Below, one piece after another: positions 9,711 to 19,888 of a stretch of DNA of 64,000 nt. Under the pieces are notes generated by a model, which was not told the DNA's origin, did not search any database, and saw nothing but the letters and a program-made list of their open reading frames with translations. The position numbers and the translations under genes were made by a program. Numbering within the stretch: the first letter of the stretch is position 1; each line of letters starts with the position of its first letter. The stretch covers positions 6,249 through 70,248 of the forward strand of contig JALOQJ010000002.1 of the NCBI GenBank assembly GCA_025453445.1, given 5' to 3'. Origin of the DNA: Candidatus Omnitrophota bacterium (GTDB lineage Bacteria; Omnitrophota; Gorgyraeia; Gygaellales; Profunditerraquicolaceae).

Positions 9711-11562
9711 GAATTTTCTTTAAGTAAACCATTAATATCGAAATCGCAGCCGGCGTAACCCCTGAGATACGTGATGCCTGCCCTAAATTAAGCGGTTTAA
9801 ATTTATCTAACTTTTCCTTAATTTCCCGGGAAAGCCCGTTGACTTGTCTGTAATCTAAATTTAAAGGCAGGCGGATTTTTTCCAGATTCTTAAAGCGCTC
9901 CACCTCTTTTAGCTGCCTTTCTATAAACCCAGCATATTTTACCTCAATTTCCACCTGCTTCAAAGCAATTTCAGATAATGGAAAATTATTCTTGCTGATT
10001 TTTTTTAGCTCCTTGATGCTCACTTGCGGCCTTCTTAAGATTTCTTCCAGTGTAGCCGGTTTTTTTATTGCCGCAGTACCCAATGCCTCAAGGCCTTGAT
10101 TAATTTCTTCTGTTGGCTTCAAGCGCTGAATTTTAAGAAAATTTATTCCTTTTTTAATTGCTTCTTTTTTCGCCTCAACTTTTACAAAATCTCGTTTGTG
10201 CACCAGCCCCAGTTTAAAACCAAGCTCGCTTAAACGTAAATCAGCGTTATCTTCTCTAATAATCAGGCGGTATTCAACGCGGGAAGTAAACATCCGATAT
10301 GGCTCAGCAGTGCCTTTTGTGGTTAAATCATCAATTAAAACTCCAATATAGCTACTTGCACGATCAAGAATAAAAGGCTCTTTATTTTTTGCCCGTAAGC
10401 TGGCGTTAATACCGGCAATCAAGCCTTGCGCTGCAGCTTCTTCATAACCGGTTGTACCGTTAATTTGGCCGGCTAAATACAAATTTTTAATTAACTTTGT
10501 TTCCAGTGTCGGATAAATCTGCGTCGGCTCAATCACATCATGCTCAATACCATAGCCAAAACGAATTACCTTTGCTTTTTCAAGGCCTTCTATAGAATGA
10601 ATTATATCAAGCTGCACTTTTTCCGGAAGGCTGGTCGATAAACCATTAGGATAAATTGAATTTGTTTTTAAGCCCTCAGGCTCTAAAAATACCTGATGCC
10701 TCGCTCGATCGGAAAATTTCACTACTTTATCTTCTATAGAAGGGCAATAGCGCACGCCAGTGGCTTTAATAATCCCGGCATAAAGCGGAGATTGATCAAG
10801 GTTTTTGCGGATAATTTCATGCGTATTTGGATTTGTATAAGTGATAGCACAGGGAACTTGTTTTTGCCTGATGCGTTTAGTTAAAAAAGAAAATGGCTGA
10901 GCCGGAATGTCTCCACCTTGCAGGGATAATTTTGCAAAATCAATCGTATTTTTATCCAGGCGCGCACAAGTTCCGGTTTTAAAACGCAGGATATTAAATC
11001 CCAGCTGCTTCAGCTGCTCAGGCAAACCTTTTACTGCCGGCTCATCAATCCTGCCTGCCTCAAAATGTTTTAAGCCAAGATGTATTAAACCGTTAAAAAA
11101 AGTCCCGCAGGCAATAACTACGCAAGTAGAATGAATCTCTTCTTTTCTAGATGTAATAACGCCTTTAACGGTATTGCCTTTGATAATCAAACTATCAACA
11201 GTTGCTTCTTTTATGACAAGATTTTTCTGATCTTTCAAGGTACGTTGCATATATTTGGCATAGAACGCCATATCAATTTGCGCTCTGGATGATTGCACTG
11301 CCGCACCCTTAGAAGCATTTAAAATCCTAAATTGTATTCCGCAGGCATCTGCAGCCTGCGCCATTTCACCGCCCAAAGCATCAATTTCTTTTACTAACTG
11401 GCCTTTGCCTACGCCGCCGATAGCAGGATTACAACTCATCAGGCCTATAGTTTCTTTCTTGAGGGTCAAGATTAAAACCTTACAGCCCATGCGCGCCGAG
11501 GCTAATGCCGCCTCAATTCCTGCATGGCCAGCGCCAATAACTATAACATCGTAATTATTCAT
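9703..11562 (-). CDS. mnmG: tRNA U34 modification enzyme MnmG (GidA)
   Basis: GAGHAGIEAA, MSCNPAIGG, RYCPSIEDK and GQINGTTGYEEAAAQG. Confidence 0.97.
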   Translation of the reverse strand: MNNYDVIVIGAGHAGIEAALASARMGCKVLILTLKKETIGLMSCNPAIGGVGKGQLVKEIDALGGEMAQAADACGIQFRILNASKGAAVQSSRAQIDMAFYAKYMQRTLKDQKNLVIKEATVDSLIIKGNTVKGVITSRKEEIHSTCVVIACGTFFNGLIHLGLKHFEAGRIDEPAVKGLPEQLKQLGFNILRFKTGTCARLDKNTIDFAKLSLQGGDIPAQPFSFLTKRIRQKQVPCAITYTNPNTHEIIRKNLDQSPLYAGIIKATGVRYCPSIEDKVVKFSDRARHQVFLEPEGLKTNSIYPNGLSTSLPEKVQLDIIHSIEGLEKAKVIRFGYGIEHDVIEPTQIYPTLETKLIKNLYLAGQINGTTGYEEAAAQGLIAGINASLRAKNKEPFILDRASSYIGVLIDDLTTKGTAEPYRMFTSRVEYRLIIREDNADLRLSELGFKLGLVHKRDFVKVEAKKEAIKKGINFLKIQRLKPTEEINQGLEALGTAAIKKPATLEEILRRPQVSIKELKKISKNNFPLSEIALKQVEIEVKYAGFIERQLKEVERFKNLEKIRLPLNLDYRQVNGLSREIKEKLDKFKPLNLGQASRISGVTPAAISILMVYLKKIHG

Positions 11563-11569
11563 ATTTAAT

Positions 11570-12194
11570 CAGGGACGGTTCTCAACTCAAGGCAGAAGTG
11601 TCCCTTAATCTCTTCAATTTTTCAAAATTCTTTGTTAGAAATTCAAGATTTAATCGTCTATTTATATAGGAGGTGATAGATATGCCTAGAGTAGCAAGGA
11701 TTACTATCGAGAATGCTTATTATCATGTTATCACAAGAGGCAATCAAAAACAATTGGTTTTCATGGAACAGAGTGATTACGACAAATATTTATTAATATT
11801 AAAAAAGTATAAGAAAAAATATAACTTTAAACTATACGCCTTTTGTTTAATGCCAAACCACGTTCATCTGATCCTAGAGATTAAGAATCCTAAGCATGTA
11901 AGCAAAATTATGAAATGCTTGAATTTAAGTTATACCTTATACTTTAATTTAAAATATAAAAAAGTTGGACATCTTTGGCAGGACAGGTTTAAAAGCAAGA
12001 TTATCGAAGATGGTACATATTTATTAGAATGCATAAACTATATCGAGACTAACCCCATAAGAGCCTCTTTGGTACCTCATTTAACAGCTTATCAATGGAG
12101 TAGTTATAATTATAGAGGTACCAATAATGAAATACTAGACCGATTGTTTGCTCTTTAGGGGGACACTTCCCGAACGGATTGAGAACCGTCCCTG
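11570..12194 (+). mobile_element. REPtron-like element: RAYT gene inside a REP inverted repeat
   Basis: Left end cagggacggttctcaactcaaggcagaagtgtccct (11570-11605) and right end ggggacacttcccgaacggattgagaaccgtccctg (12159-12194) match the two arms of 4771-4850. Confidence 0.85.
11673..12158 (+). CDS. REP-associated tyrosine transposase (RAYT, Y1 HUH family)
   Basis: MPR start, YHVITRGN, HUH motif MPNHVH, LWQDRF, YIETNP; AT-rich; opposite strand to neighbours. Confidence 0.9.
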   Translation: MIDMPRVARITIENAYYHVITRGNQKQLVFMEQSDYDKYLLILKKYKKKYNFKLYAFCLMPNHVHLILEIKNPKHVSKIMKCLNLSYTLYFNLKYKKVGHLWQDRFKSKIIEDGTYLLECINYIETNPIRASLVPHLTAYQWSSYNYRGTNNEILDRLFAL

Positions 12195-12195
12195 G

Positions 12196-13479
12196 TTAAG
12201 ATTGGGCTGTCTTTACAAGCAAGGACATTATTTCCCGTCCGAGAATTGCTCCCAGCGATCCTTTGGCAGCGGCTTTTTCGGAAAAACTTAAACTGCCATC
12301 AGGCTTAACATTGCCGCCCGAAATTAAAAGCGGAACAGGATCTGCAGAATGGGCTTTAATTGCGCAAACTGTAGAATGATCAGCAGTAACTGCTATAAGC
12401 GTATTCTTTATATCAAGGTTCGCCAGAAGATTAGTGAAGAAATATTTGTCAATTGCCTCGATGCTTTCTTTTTTCTTCTGAAAATTCCCGTCGTGAGCCG
12501 GCTCATCCGGGCCTTTGATATGTATGTAAATACCATCGTAATTCTTAATTGAATCCAAAGCAATTTTTGCCCAAACAGGATAATCCACATCCACATGGCC
12601 CGTAGAAGAAGGCACATCAATAATCTCAATTCCGGTTAAAAGGGCAATGCCTTTTTCCACCGGCATCTCGACAAACGAGCCGAATTTCATATTTAATACA
12701 GCCTTAATCTGGGGGAATTTCGGAAGATGATCCCCGGCATCGCGCGACAAAATTACATTAGCAGGGAGTTTTCCTTCAGAAATTCTTTTTTTATTTATTG
12801 CTGACTCATTTAATATTTTATTGGACTTAACGGTAAATTCATTTAAGGCTACTGCAGCTGCCTTTGCCTCCAGCAAATTTTCATAACCCGCCATAGGCAC
12901 TGATTCAACAACGAATTTATCAAACTTTTCCAAAGCTACTCCAAAAACACCTTCTCTGCCGTATGCAGGATCAGTATTAGTAATCCATCCGGATAATTTA
13001 TTATGCATCCCCCGGATTACCAGCACACCGCGATGGCCAATGGTATTTTTAAATTCAAAAGTAGCATTAGTCAGGGTAACTTTAGAATTAATTTCTTTGG
13101 AAAGATTTGTTGCTTCTTCAGTCGTCAGATTCCGGCCTACCCTACGGTCTTTAATCGTGCGGCCGTCATCTTCAACAGTGGCAAAATTTACCCGAAAAGC
13201 AACATCGCCGTCATGGATATCCAAGCCTTCGGCAAAACTTTCCAAGGGGCCGCGGCCAGTATAATATTTATGCGCGTCATACCCTAAGAGGCTGATTACA
13301 GCAATATCTGATTCCGGAGCAATGCCAATTTCGACCGGATAAACAATGCCGGTTTTGCCCTGCTGTGCAAGGCGGTCCAAGTTAGGCGTTAAAGCAGCCT
13401 CCAGCGGCGTCTTATTGTTTAATTCTTTAAGCGGTAAATCTCCCAACCCGTCAAGAACGATATAAAGTATTTTTTTCAT
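12196..13479 (-). CDS. apgM: 2,3-bisphosphoglycerate-independent phosphoglycerate mutase, archaeal type
   Basis: LDGLGD, TPLEAALTPNLD, HIKGPDEPAHDG, TADHST and HSADPVP. Confidence 0.88.
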   Translation of the reverse strand: MKKILYIVLDGLGDLPLKELNNKTPLEAALTPNLDRLAQQGKTGIVYPVEIGIAPESDIAVISLLGYDAHKYYTGRGPLESFAEGLDIHDGDVAFRVNFATVEDDGRTIKDRRVGRNLTTEEATNLSKEINSKVTLTNATFEFKNTIGHRGVLVIRGMHNKLSGWITNTDPAYGREGVFGVALEKFDKFVVESVPMAGYENLLEAKAAAVALNEFTVKSNKILNESAINKKRISEGKLPANVILSRDAGDHLPKFPQIKAVLNMKFGSFVEMPVEKGIALLTGIEIIDVPSSTGHVDVDYPVWAKIALDSIKNYDGIYIHIKGPDEPAHDGNFQKKKESIEAIDKYFFTNLLANLDIKNTLIAVTADHSTVCAIKAHSADPVPLLISGGNVKPDGSLSFSEKAAAKGSLGAILGREIMSLLVKTAQS

Positions 13480-13493
13480 AATTTATCCTATCT

Positions 13494-15779
13494 TTAACAC
13501 TTTGAATAACCGCAATGGCACTTAACACAACCTTCTTCATGCCGGAGTGTACCGCCACAATCAGGGCAAACTCCCACGATATCTCCGCGCGTCGAGGCAT
13601 TAAGCGGTTCTTCATGTGAATGCTTCATCGCGCCTATTGATGCTTCGATTTCAGCCTCACTTAACTTAGCAGTATTTAGCAGGCGTTTCTCAATTACCCT
13701 GGCAATCGCATCAGCACAAGAAAATATGCGCTGGCCCTTTTCCCATGAGGGACTGGGGCAGCGGATATTACGCAGCTGCTCGATAATGGATTTTACTTCT
13801 ATTCCGGAACGAAAACCTAAAGACACCAACCTGCCGATAGCCTCAAGCTGCGATGCAGCACAGCCGCCAGCCTTACCCATCTGGGTAAAAAGTTCAAACG
13901 GCCTTTCCTGTTCATCTACATTTATTGTGACATATAAATTACCGCAGCCTGTAGCAACTTTAGTAGTAGTGCCTGTAATTACTTCCGGCCGCGGCCGAGG
14001 AATAATTTTTCCCGGCTCAGAATTATTCTGCTGCCCGGGTTTTGCATCTTTAGTCCCGACATTCAAAACCTGCTCCTCGCGGCTATTATCACGGTAAATC
14101 GTCAGGCCTTTACAGTCTAAATCATAAGCCAAAAGATACGCTTTTTTTACATCTTCTATCGTCGCATCATGAGGGAAATTAATCGTTTTTGAAGTAGCAT
14201 TATGGACATATTTCTGAAATGCCGCTTGCATTTTAACATGCCATTCAGGCGCGATATCATGCGCAGTGACAAAAGCTCTTTTCATCTCTTGCGGGATTTC
14301 TTCGATATCTTTTAAGGAGGTGCCTTCGGCGATTTTCTCCATCAACGCGCGGCTGTAAATTCCTTTTTCCTTGGCAGCTGCTTCAAATAACGGCTCAACC
14401 TCTACCAACTTATCATTATCCATGACATTACGGTAATATGAAATGGCAAACAAAGGCTCTATACCAGAAGAGCATGGCCCGGCGATAATGCTGATTGTGC
14501 CGGTGGGCGCGATAGTAGTCAATGTAGCATTGCGCAGCCTAAGCCCTCCCTCTTTTAAATCATATATACTTCCTGTAAATGCTGGGAATACTCCTTTTTC
14601 CTGCGCTAAGCTTTGTGACTCCTTGGTTGCTTCTTCTAAAATAAAAGACATTACTTTTTCCGCCAGGGCAACCGCTTCCTCTGAATTATAAGCTATGCCT
14701 AAACGAATCAGCATGCTCGCCCAGCCCATTACCCCAAGCCCGATTTTGCGCGTTGCCTTTGTAGCTTCCTCTATCTGCGGTAAGGGAAATTTATTTACAT
14801 CTATCAGGTTGTCAAGAAAACGCACTGCAAGGTGTGTAACTTTCTTTAATCTCTCCCAGTCTACTTCACAGCGTCGAGTTCCGGTTGTTTTACAAAGTTT
14901 ATCTAAATTAATCGAACCCAAATCACAGCTCTCATAAGGCAGGAGCGGCTGCTCACCGCAAGGATTAGTACTTTCAATCTCACCTAATTTCGGCGTAGGA
15001 TTATACTGATTAATCCGGTCGATAAAAATAACCCCCGGCTCGCCGTTCTTATGCGCCTGCTTGACGATTAAATCAAATACTTCTTTTGTATTAAGACGGT
15101 TTACTATTTTCCTTGAGCGCGGCTCGACAACATCATAATCCGTACTTTCTTTATATTTGCGCATGAACTCGTCGGTAATCGCCACGGAAATATTAAAATT
15201 ATTGATTTGCTTATTATCTTCTTTGCAGGTAATGAATTCCATAATATCCGGATGATCAACGCGCAAAATACCCATATTCGCCCCGCGGCGTGTCCCGCCC
15301 TGCTTGACTGCTTCGGTCGCCGAATCATAAACCTTCATAAAAGAAACAGGGCCTGAAGCAACCCCGCCGGTAGTCTTAACTACGGAATTTTTCGGGCGCA
15401 GCCTAGAAAATGAAAAACCCGTGCCTCCACCGCTCTTATGAATCATTGCTGTTGCCTTTAAAGTCTCAAAAATTGACTCCATAGAATCGCCGATAGGCAA
15501 AGTAAAACAGGCGCTTAATTGGCCAAGGTCGCGGCCGGCATTCATTAAACACGGCGAGTTCGGAATGAATTCCAGTGCCGTCATGATCTCGAAAAAAGAC
15601 TGCTCTATTGCAGCGATTTCTTTTTCGCTCTTGCCATAGGCTTTGTCTGCCGAAGCAATCGCATTAGCCACCCTGCGAAACATTTCTTCGGGCGTTTCTA
15701 CAATTTTCCCGGATTCATCTTTTTTGAGATACCGCCTTTCCAGCACTTTCATTGCGTTGTCCGATAGTTTCAGCGTCAT
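13494..15779 (-). CDS. nrdJ: Class II (B12-dependent) ribonucleotide reductase with C-terminal TSCPD/Zn-ribbon
   Basis: PNSPCLMNAG, TNPCGEQPL, TIAPTGTIS, C-terminal CPDCG...C.CGYSKC; no nrdB nearby. Confidence 0.93.
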   Translation of the reverse strand: MTLKLSDNAMKVLERRYLKKDESGKIVETPEEMFRRVANAIASADKAYGKSEKEIAAIEQSFFEIMTALEFIPNSPCLMNAGRDLGQLSACFTLPIGDSMESIFETLKATAMIHKSGGGTGFSFSRLRPKNSVVKTTGGVASGPVSFMKVYDSATEAVKQGGTRRGANMGILRVDHPDIMEFITCKEDNKQINNFNISVAITDEFMRKYKESTDYDVVEPRSRKIVNRLNTKEVFDLIVKQAHKNGEPGVIFIDRINQYNPTPKLGEIESTNPCGEQPLLPYESCDLGSINLDKLCKTTGTRRCEVDWERLKKVTHLAVRFLDNLIDVNKFPLPQIEEATKATRKIGLGVMGWASMLIRLGIAYNSEEAVALAEKVMSFILEEATKESQSLAQEKGVFPAFTGSIYDLKEGGLRLRNATLTTIAPTGTISIIAGPCSSGIEPLFAISYYRNVMDNDKLVEVEPLFEAAAKEKGIYSRALMEKIAEGTSLKDIEEIPQEMKRAFVTAHDIAPEWHVKMQAAFQKYVHNATSKTINFPHDATIEDVKKAYLLAYDLDCKGLTIYRDNSREEQVLNVGTKDAKPGQQNNSEPGKIIPRPRPEVITGTTTKVATGCGNLYVTINVDEQERPFELFTQMGKAGGCAASQLEAIGRLVSLGFRSGIEVKSIIEQLRNIRCPSPSWEKGQRIFSCADAIARVIEKRLLNTAKLSEAEIEASIGAMKHSHEEPLNASTRGDIVGVCPDCGGTLRHEEGCVKCHCGYSKC

Positions 15780-15828
15780 CTTGGCACTCCGAGTTAAAAT
15801 GTTAGTAAGATTATTTTATAGTTATCAA

Positions 15829-15857
15829 AGTATAACACCGGCAAAATTTTCTGTCAA
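15829..15857 (-). promoter_or_regulatory. Sigma70 promoter of nrdJ
   Basis: TTGACA-17 bp-TATACT with extended TG. Confidence 0.75.
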
Positions 15858-15864
15858 CAAAAAA

Positions 15865-15911
15865 ATACAATATGTAGTATGCCGATTATTTTTATATACC
15901 ATAAATTGTAT
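15865..15911. promoter_or_regulatory. Tandem NrdR boxes
   Basis: atacaatatgtagtat (15865-15880) and ataccataaattgtat (15896-15911), offset 31 bp, immediately upstream of the nrdJ promoter. Confidence 0.75.
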
Positions 15912-15927
15912 TAAAGCTAATTACCCT

Positions 15928-16956
15928 TTAAACAGCGGCGGGGGGTTTGGCAGACTCCCTGATAATTAATTCTGTCGGCAGAACAACTTTTTTTGCTGCC
16001 TCATTTTTTTTATCGTTCATCAAAGAATTTAATCTTTCTAAACCCATCTGTGCCATCTTCACCAGCGGCTGCCTTACCGTAGTGAGCGCTACCGGGCCGT
16101 AAAGCCCTGAAGGATTGTCATCAAAACCTACAATCGAAAGATCGCCGGGAATATTCCGGCCCATTTCTTTTGCTACTGCCATAACTTCCAGTGCCATCGA
16201 GTCTGATGCCACAAATACCGCAGTCGGCGCATCCTGTATTTTCAATAATGCCTCAGCTGCCTGCCGCGCCTGCCCTCTTGAGTAATCTGTTTTAATAATA
16301 TAATCTTCGCGCAACGGAATATTATTTTTCTTTAATGCCTGTTTATAACCTTCAAGGCGCTGCATTGCTGCCTGAGTAATAACATCTCCGGAAATGTGGC
16401 CGATTTTTTTATGGCCTAAATTTACCAGGTACTGCACTGCATCTTCTGCGCCCTTAGCATTATCTATAGCAATATAATTTACTTCCGGGCCCTCAATACA
16501 ATGATTAATCACAACCATGGGTATTCTATTTTTTAATGCTTCGTCGAATTGTTTGCGGTTGCCGATAATATCGGCAAAAATCACCCCGCTTGCGCCTCTT
16601 AAATTAAGTATGGCAGAACTATCCGTAAGATGCAGCAATAAATCTATTTTTAGCACTTCGCAGAGTGTCCCGATTCCCCGGATTAATTCCAGAAGATAAA
16701 AAGAATAGAACATCCCTTCGTAACGCGGCACGACCAAGGCTACTGTATTGCTCCTGCCGGTAGCCAAACGCTGAGCCAGTATTGAAGGCTGAAAATCAAG
16801 CTGCTTAACCGCATCAGCAACCTTCGAGCGGTTCTTGTCTTTTACTGAAGGTAATTTATTGATTACGCGGGAAACTGTAGCAACTGACACACCGGCAAGC
16901 CGGGCAACGTCTTCGATGGAAACAACGCGGGATGAGGCTTTTTTAGTACGCACCAT
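15928..16956 (-). CDS. LacI-family transcriptional regulator
   Basis: HTH motif SIEDVARLAGVSVATVSRVIN; SIVGFDD; LTTVRQP. Confidence 0.95.
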   Translation of the reverse strand: MVRTKKASSRVVSIEDVARLAGVSVATVSRVINKLPSVKDKNRSKVADAVKQLDFQPSILAQRLATGRSNTVALVVPRYEGMFYSFYLLELIRGIGTLCEVLKIDLLLHLTDSSAILNLRGASGVIFADIIGNRKQFDEALKNRIPMVVINHCIEGPEVNYIAIDNAKGAEDAVQYLVNLGHKKIGHISGDVITQAAMQRLEGYKQALKKNNIPLREDYIIKTDYSRGQARQAAEALLKIQDAPTAVFVASDSMALEVMAVAKEMGRNIPGDLSIVGFDDNPSGLYGPVALTTVRQPLVKMAQMGLERLNSLMNDKKNEAAKKVVLPTELIIRESAKPPAAV

Positions 16957-16987
16957 GGAATAGAAAAACGGCTTTTATAAAGCTGCT

Positions 16988-18142
16988 TTAGCGGGATACG
17001 CTATCGCCTATCTGTATCGGGGAAATTTCTTTTTTAATATCGCAGGCAGAGATTGCTTTACGCACCTGAATAACCTCTACCGTAGCAATTACATTGCTGC
17101 CTCTGGTGATGTTAAAAGCATTGCCAATTTTGATGCCGGCATCCTGCCCGGCGTCAATAACCACAAAATTATTTTCTTTATTTATTGCCAGAACCCTGCC
17201 TGTGGCACTAACAGCTCCGGTGCCTGCTGATTCTTTCTGCGGCCGCACAACTATCGTGGGCAGCTCTACGGATGAATTTCTCAAGCCGTCATCAGCAGTT
17301 ACTACAGCAGACGTCTGTTTCTTTAAACTATCTATCTGCAGCAACCTATCCTTCAATAGCACATCCATTTCGCTGAATCTTTTTTCAAAACGTGCGTTGT
17401 CTTCCTGCAAACCCTGGATTTTTTTATCCAGGTTAACTTTACGGCTGGACAAATTCTTCAGCTGCCTTCTTAAAACCAGATTTTCATTCTTTAACGCCCG
17501 GAAAGTATCAGTTATCTGCGACTTATCGTTCTTTTCCCCTACTAACTCTAAAGTAACGTTATCAACTATCTTCTGATTATAAACCAGCTGTTTCTGACTG
17601 TATTCCAGCTGGCGCTTCAGATCCTGCCTTTCAAAGCCAAGATTATTGATTTCTACCTCTAAAGAACTCTTCTCCCGCTGCAGTTGCTCGTTATTTATTT
17701 GTAGTGTTTTTAATTCGGACTTTATATTATCTAACTGCAATTCCAGCGTAGTCTTGGTTTTTAAAATTCCCGCCCAATAGCTATCTTGCGGCTCAAAAGA
17801 AGCTGGTTCGCTTTTGGCCACAGACTTGAATTGCAGCGATTTCACGCGCTCTTCCAGTTCATCTTTAAGCTTAGTTAAAGCATCATATTTAACCTGAATA
17901 TCTTCCTTCTCTTTGCCGGCCTTTTCCAGGTCCTTAGTCAGCAGCCCGGCTTTTTCGTCGAGACGCTGATAATCCCGGGAAACCTTATCTAATTTTTCAT
18001 TTAAACCGGTGTTTTCCTTGCTCAACCGTTCTTTTTCCCGCTGAATCGCTGCTTTCGAATTAAGAGTTTGTAAATTTGTAAAAATACTTATTACCAGAAA
18101 AGCAATCAGGCCGATAATAATAAATTTTATTTTCTGCTCCAT
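16988..18142 (-). CDS. Membrane-anchored long coiled-coil protein with C-terminal beta domain
   Basis: N-terminal TM, heptad-rich body, C-terminal FVVIDAGQDAGIKIG segment. Confidence 0.7.
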   Translation of the reverse strand: MEQKIKFIIIGLIAFLVISIFTNLQTLNSKAAIQREKERLSKENTGLNEKLDKVSRDYQRLDEKAGLLTKDLEKAGKEKEDIQVKYDALTKLKDELEERVKSLQFKSVAKSEPASFEPQDSYWAGILKTKTTLELQLDNIKSELKTLQINNEQLQREKSSLEVEINNLGFERQDLKRQLEYSQKQLVYNQKIVDNVTLELVGEKNDKSQITDTFRALKNENLVLRRQLKNLSSRKVNLDKKIQGLQEDNARFEKRFSEMDVLLKDRLLQIDSLKKQTSAVVTADDGLRNSSVELPTIVVRPQKESAGTGAVSATGRVLAINKENNFVVIDAGQDAGIKIGNAFNITRGSNVIATVEVIQVRKAISACDIKKEISPIQIGDSVSR

Positions 18143-18151
18143 TACCCCTCC

Positions 18152-19393
18152 TTACAATAACCGGGCGAAGACCTTCTGCATTACCAGGCTTGCCGCGCCC
18201 TGCGCCACTGCGTTCTCACGTAATTGAGAATAAATAATCTCCAGGTCCTGAGTTGTTTCCCTGAAAGCCCAGTCCCTGACAGTGGAATTTACTTTATTCA
18301 AAAACTCATCTCCCGCCTCTTCCATGCCGCCGCCGATAATCACTATCTGCGGGTTAAGTAAATTCGCCAGGGATGCGATTTTTATCCCCAGCCTTTTAGC
18401 CGCCATTTCCAGCGCTGCGCCGGCAATCGGATCCTGGGCGCGGTTAGCAATAAAAACGCTCTTTAAATCTACGTTGTTAATATTACTTGCGGTTAATTTG
18501 AAAAAATTGGCTGCAGCAGTTTTATCCTTGGCCAATAAAGATTTAACGTCACCGGTAATACCCAAATCCAATTCCCAGCGCTTTAAGAAACAATCTTTGC
18601 CTGCCTCGCAGTTAAAAGCATCCTGCTCTTTAAAATTATAAACCGCTACTTCTCCGGCATAACCTTGAGTTCCGGTATAGACCTCGCCGTTAATCATAAT
18701 CCCGCAGCCTACACCGGAAAACATATAAATCACATTTTTATATTCGCGTTTTAAATCCAGCCAATGTTCGCCGAAACAGGCAGCTGTAGCGTCATTCTCA
18801 ATTAATGTAGGAAGATTAAATTCATTTTCGATAAGGTTCTTTAATGGGAGGTCAACCGAGGCATAGGCATAATAATGATCCATCTTCTGCGGCCAATGAA
18901 TAGAGCCGTCTTTTTTGTTCACCAGGCCTGCAATCCCTACTCCTATACCTTTTATGTTATTGGTGTATTCTTTCGAACGCCGCAATATCTCCCGGACAAT
19001 TTCCAGCACGCATTCAGTGATATCTTTTACCGATGCCTTAGGCCGGGCGATCTGGGTCTTGGTAATAATATTGCCCTTAAGATCAACCAAAAGCCCAACC
19101 ATATTCATCAGGTTAAGGCCTACGCCGATTACATAGCCGGCGCGCTGGTTTAAATCCAATAACGTCGGCCGCCTGCCGCCTTCGGAAATATCCAATTCCT
19201 TCTCGTAAACCAACTTATGCTTTATAAAGTCATCGATATAATTGGAAATAGTCACCACATTTATGCCTATTTCCTTGGCGATTTCCGGCCTGCTCACCGG
19301 CCCGCGCCTCCTTAATATATCAAGGATATTAACATTGCGCTTCTCTTTCTCGTTCAATTCTTCTTTTTTAAAATCTGCTGTATGCATGCTCAA
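18152..19393 (-). CDS. ROK-family (NagC/XylR-like) transcriptional regulator
   Basis: N-terminal HTH, GGRRPTLL, IENDATAACFGE and GVGCGIMING. Confidence 0.9.
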   Translation of the reverse strand: MSMHTADFKKEELNEKEKRNVNILDILRRRGPVSRPEIAKEIGINVVTISNYIDDFIKHKLVYEKELDISEGGRRPTLLDLNQRAGYVIGVGLNLMNMVGLLVDLKGNIITKTQIARPKASVKDITECVLEIVREILRRSKEYTNNIKGIGVGIAGLVNKKDGSIHWPQKMDHYYAYASVDLPLKNLIENEFNLPTLIENDATAACFGEHWLDLKREYKNVIYMFSGVGCGIMINGEVYTGTQGYAGEVAVYNFKEQDAFNCEAGKDCFLKRWELDLGITGDVKSLLAKDKTAAANFFKLTASNINNVDLKSVFIANRAQDPIAGAALEMAAKRLGIKIASLANLLNPQIVIIGGGMEEAGDEFLNKVNSTVRDWAFRETTQDLEIIYSQLRENAVAQGAASLVMQKVFARLL

Positions 19394-19507
19394 TTATCCC
19401 GCTTAATAAAACTATTTTTATTGTTTTATTTATACTACCAAAGCAGCCACAAGTCAAGTATTTTTAATTATTAAGCGGCAAAAAAAATGGCTTGACAAAA
19501 TTATTCA

Positions 19508-19693
19508 CTATATTAATATATACTCAGCTATATTAAGCTATATCATTATATAGTGCGTTATATTAAGGTATATTAAAGTATAGTAATAATTTTTTACTTG
19601 ACAAATATAATTAATATAGTACCATATACCTAAATACATCAGATTATAGTGCTCTATATTAAGGTATAGTAAGGTATATTAAAGTATATTAAA
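19508..19693 (+). repeat. Two arrays of 10-bp direct repeats (consensus STATAKTAAR) in the promoter region
   Basis: About 8 phased units at 19508-19587 and 5 at 19644-19693; TTGACA at 19492 and 19598. Confidence 0.75.
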
Positions 19694-19881
19694 TGGACGA
19701 AAAGTTTATTACAACTAAAGATGTCATAAAAAGGGTGGGAATTTCGCGCTCTACCCTTTTCTTATGGATTTGGAACAATAAAGTGCCTGAAGTAAAAAAA
19801 GACCGCAATGGCCACAGGATATTTACTAAAGAAGACGTAGATAGAATCTTAAGTTATAAAAATAAATTAATATTACCTTAA
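19693..19881 (+). CDS. Small MerR-like / excisionase-type HTH protein (BldC-like)
   Basis: 62 aa; TTKDVIKRVGISRSTLFLW helix-turn-helix and KDRNGHRIFTKEDV wing. Confidence 0.8.
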   Translation: MDEKFITTKDVIKRVGISRSTLFLWIWNNKVPEVKKDRNGHRIFTKEDVDRILSYKNKLILP

Positions 19882-19888
19882 AAAGACT

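Noticed and set aside
13494-15779. Intein or intron in nrdJ
   Set aside because: Length and motif spacing are normal; no splice-junction or homing endonuclease motifs seen
19394-19692. oriC candidate (AT-rich, repeats, mnmG within 8 kb)
   Set aside because: No DnaA-box cluster or dnaA/dnaN seen; better explained as a divergent promoter region
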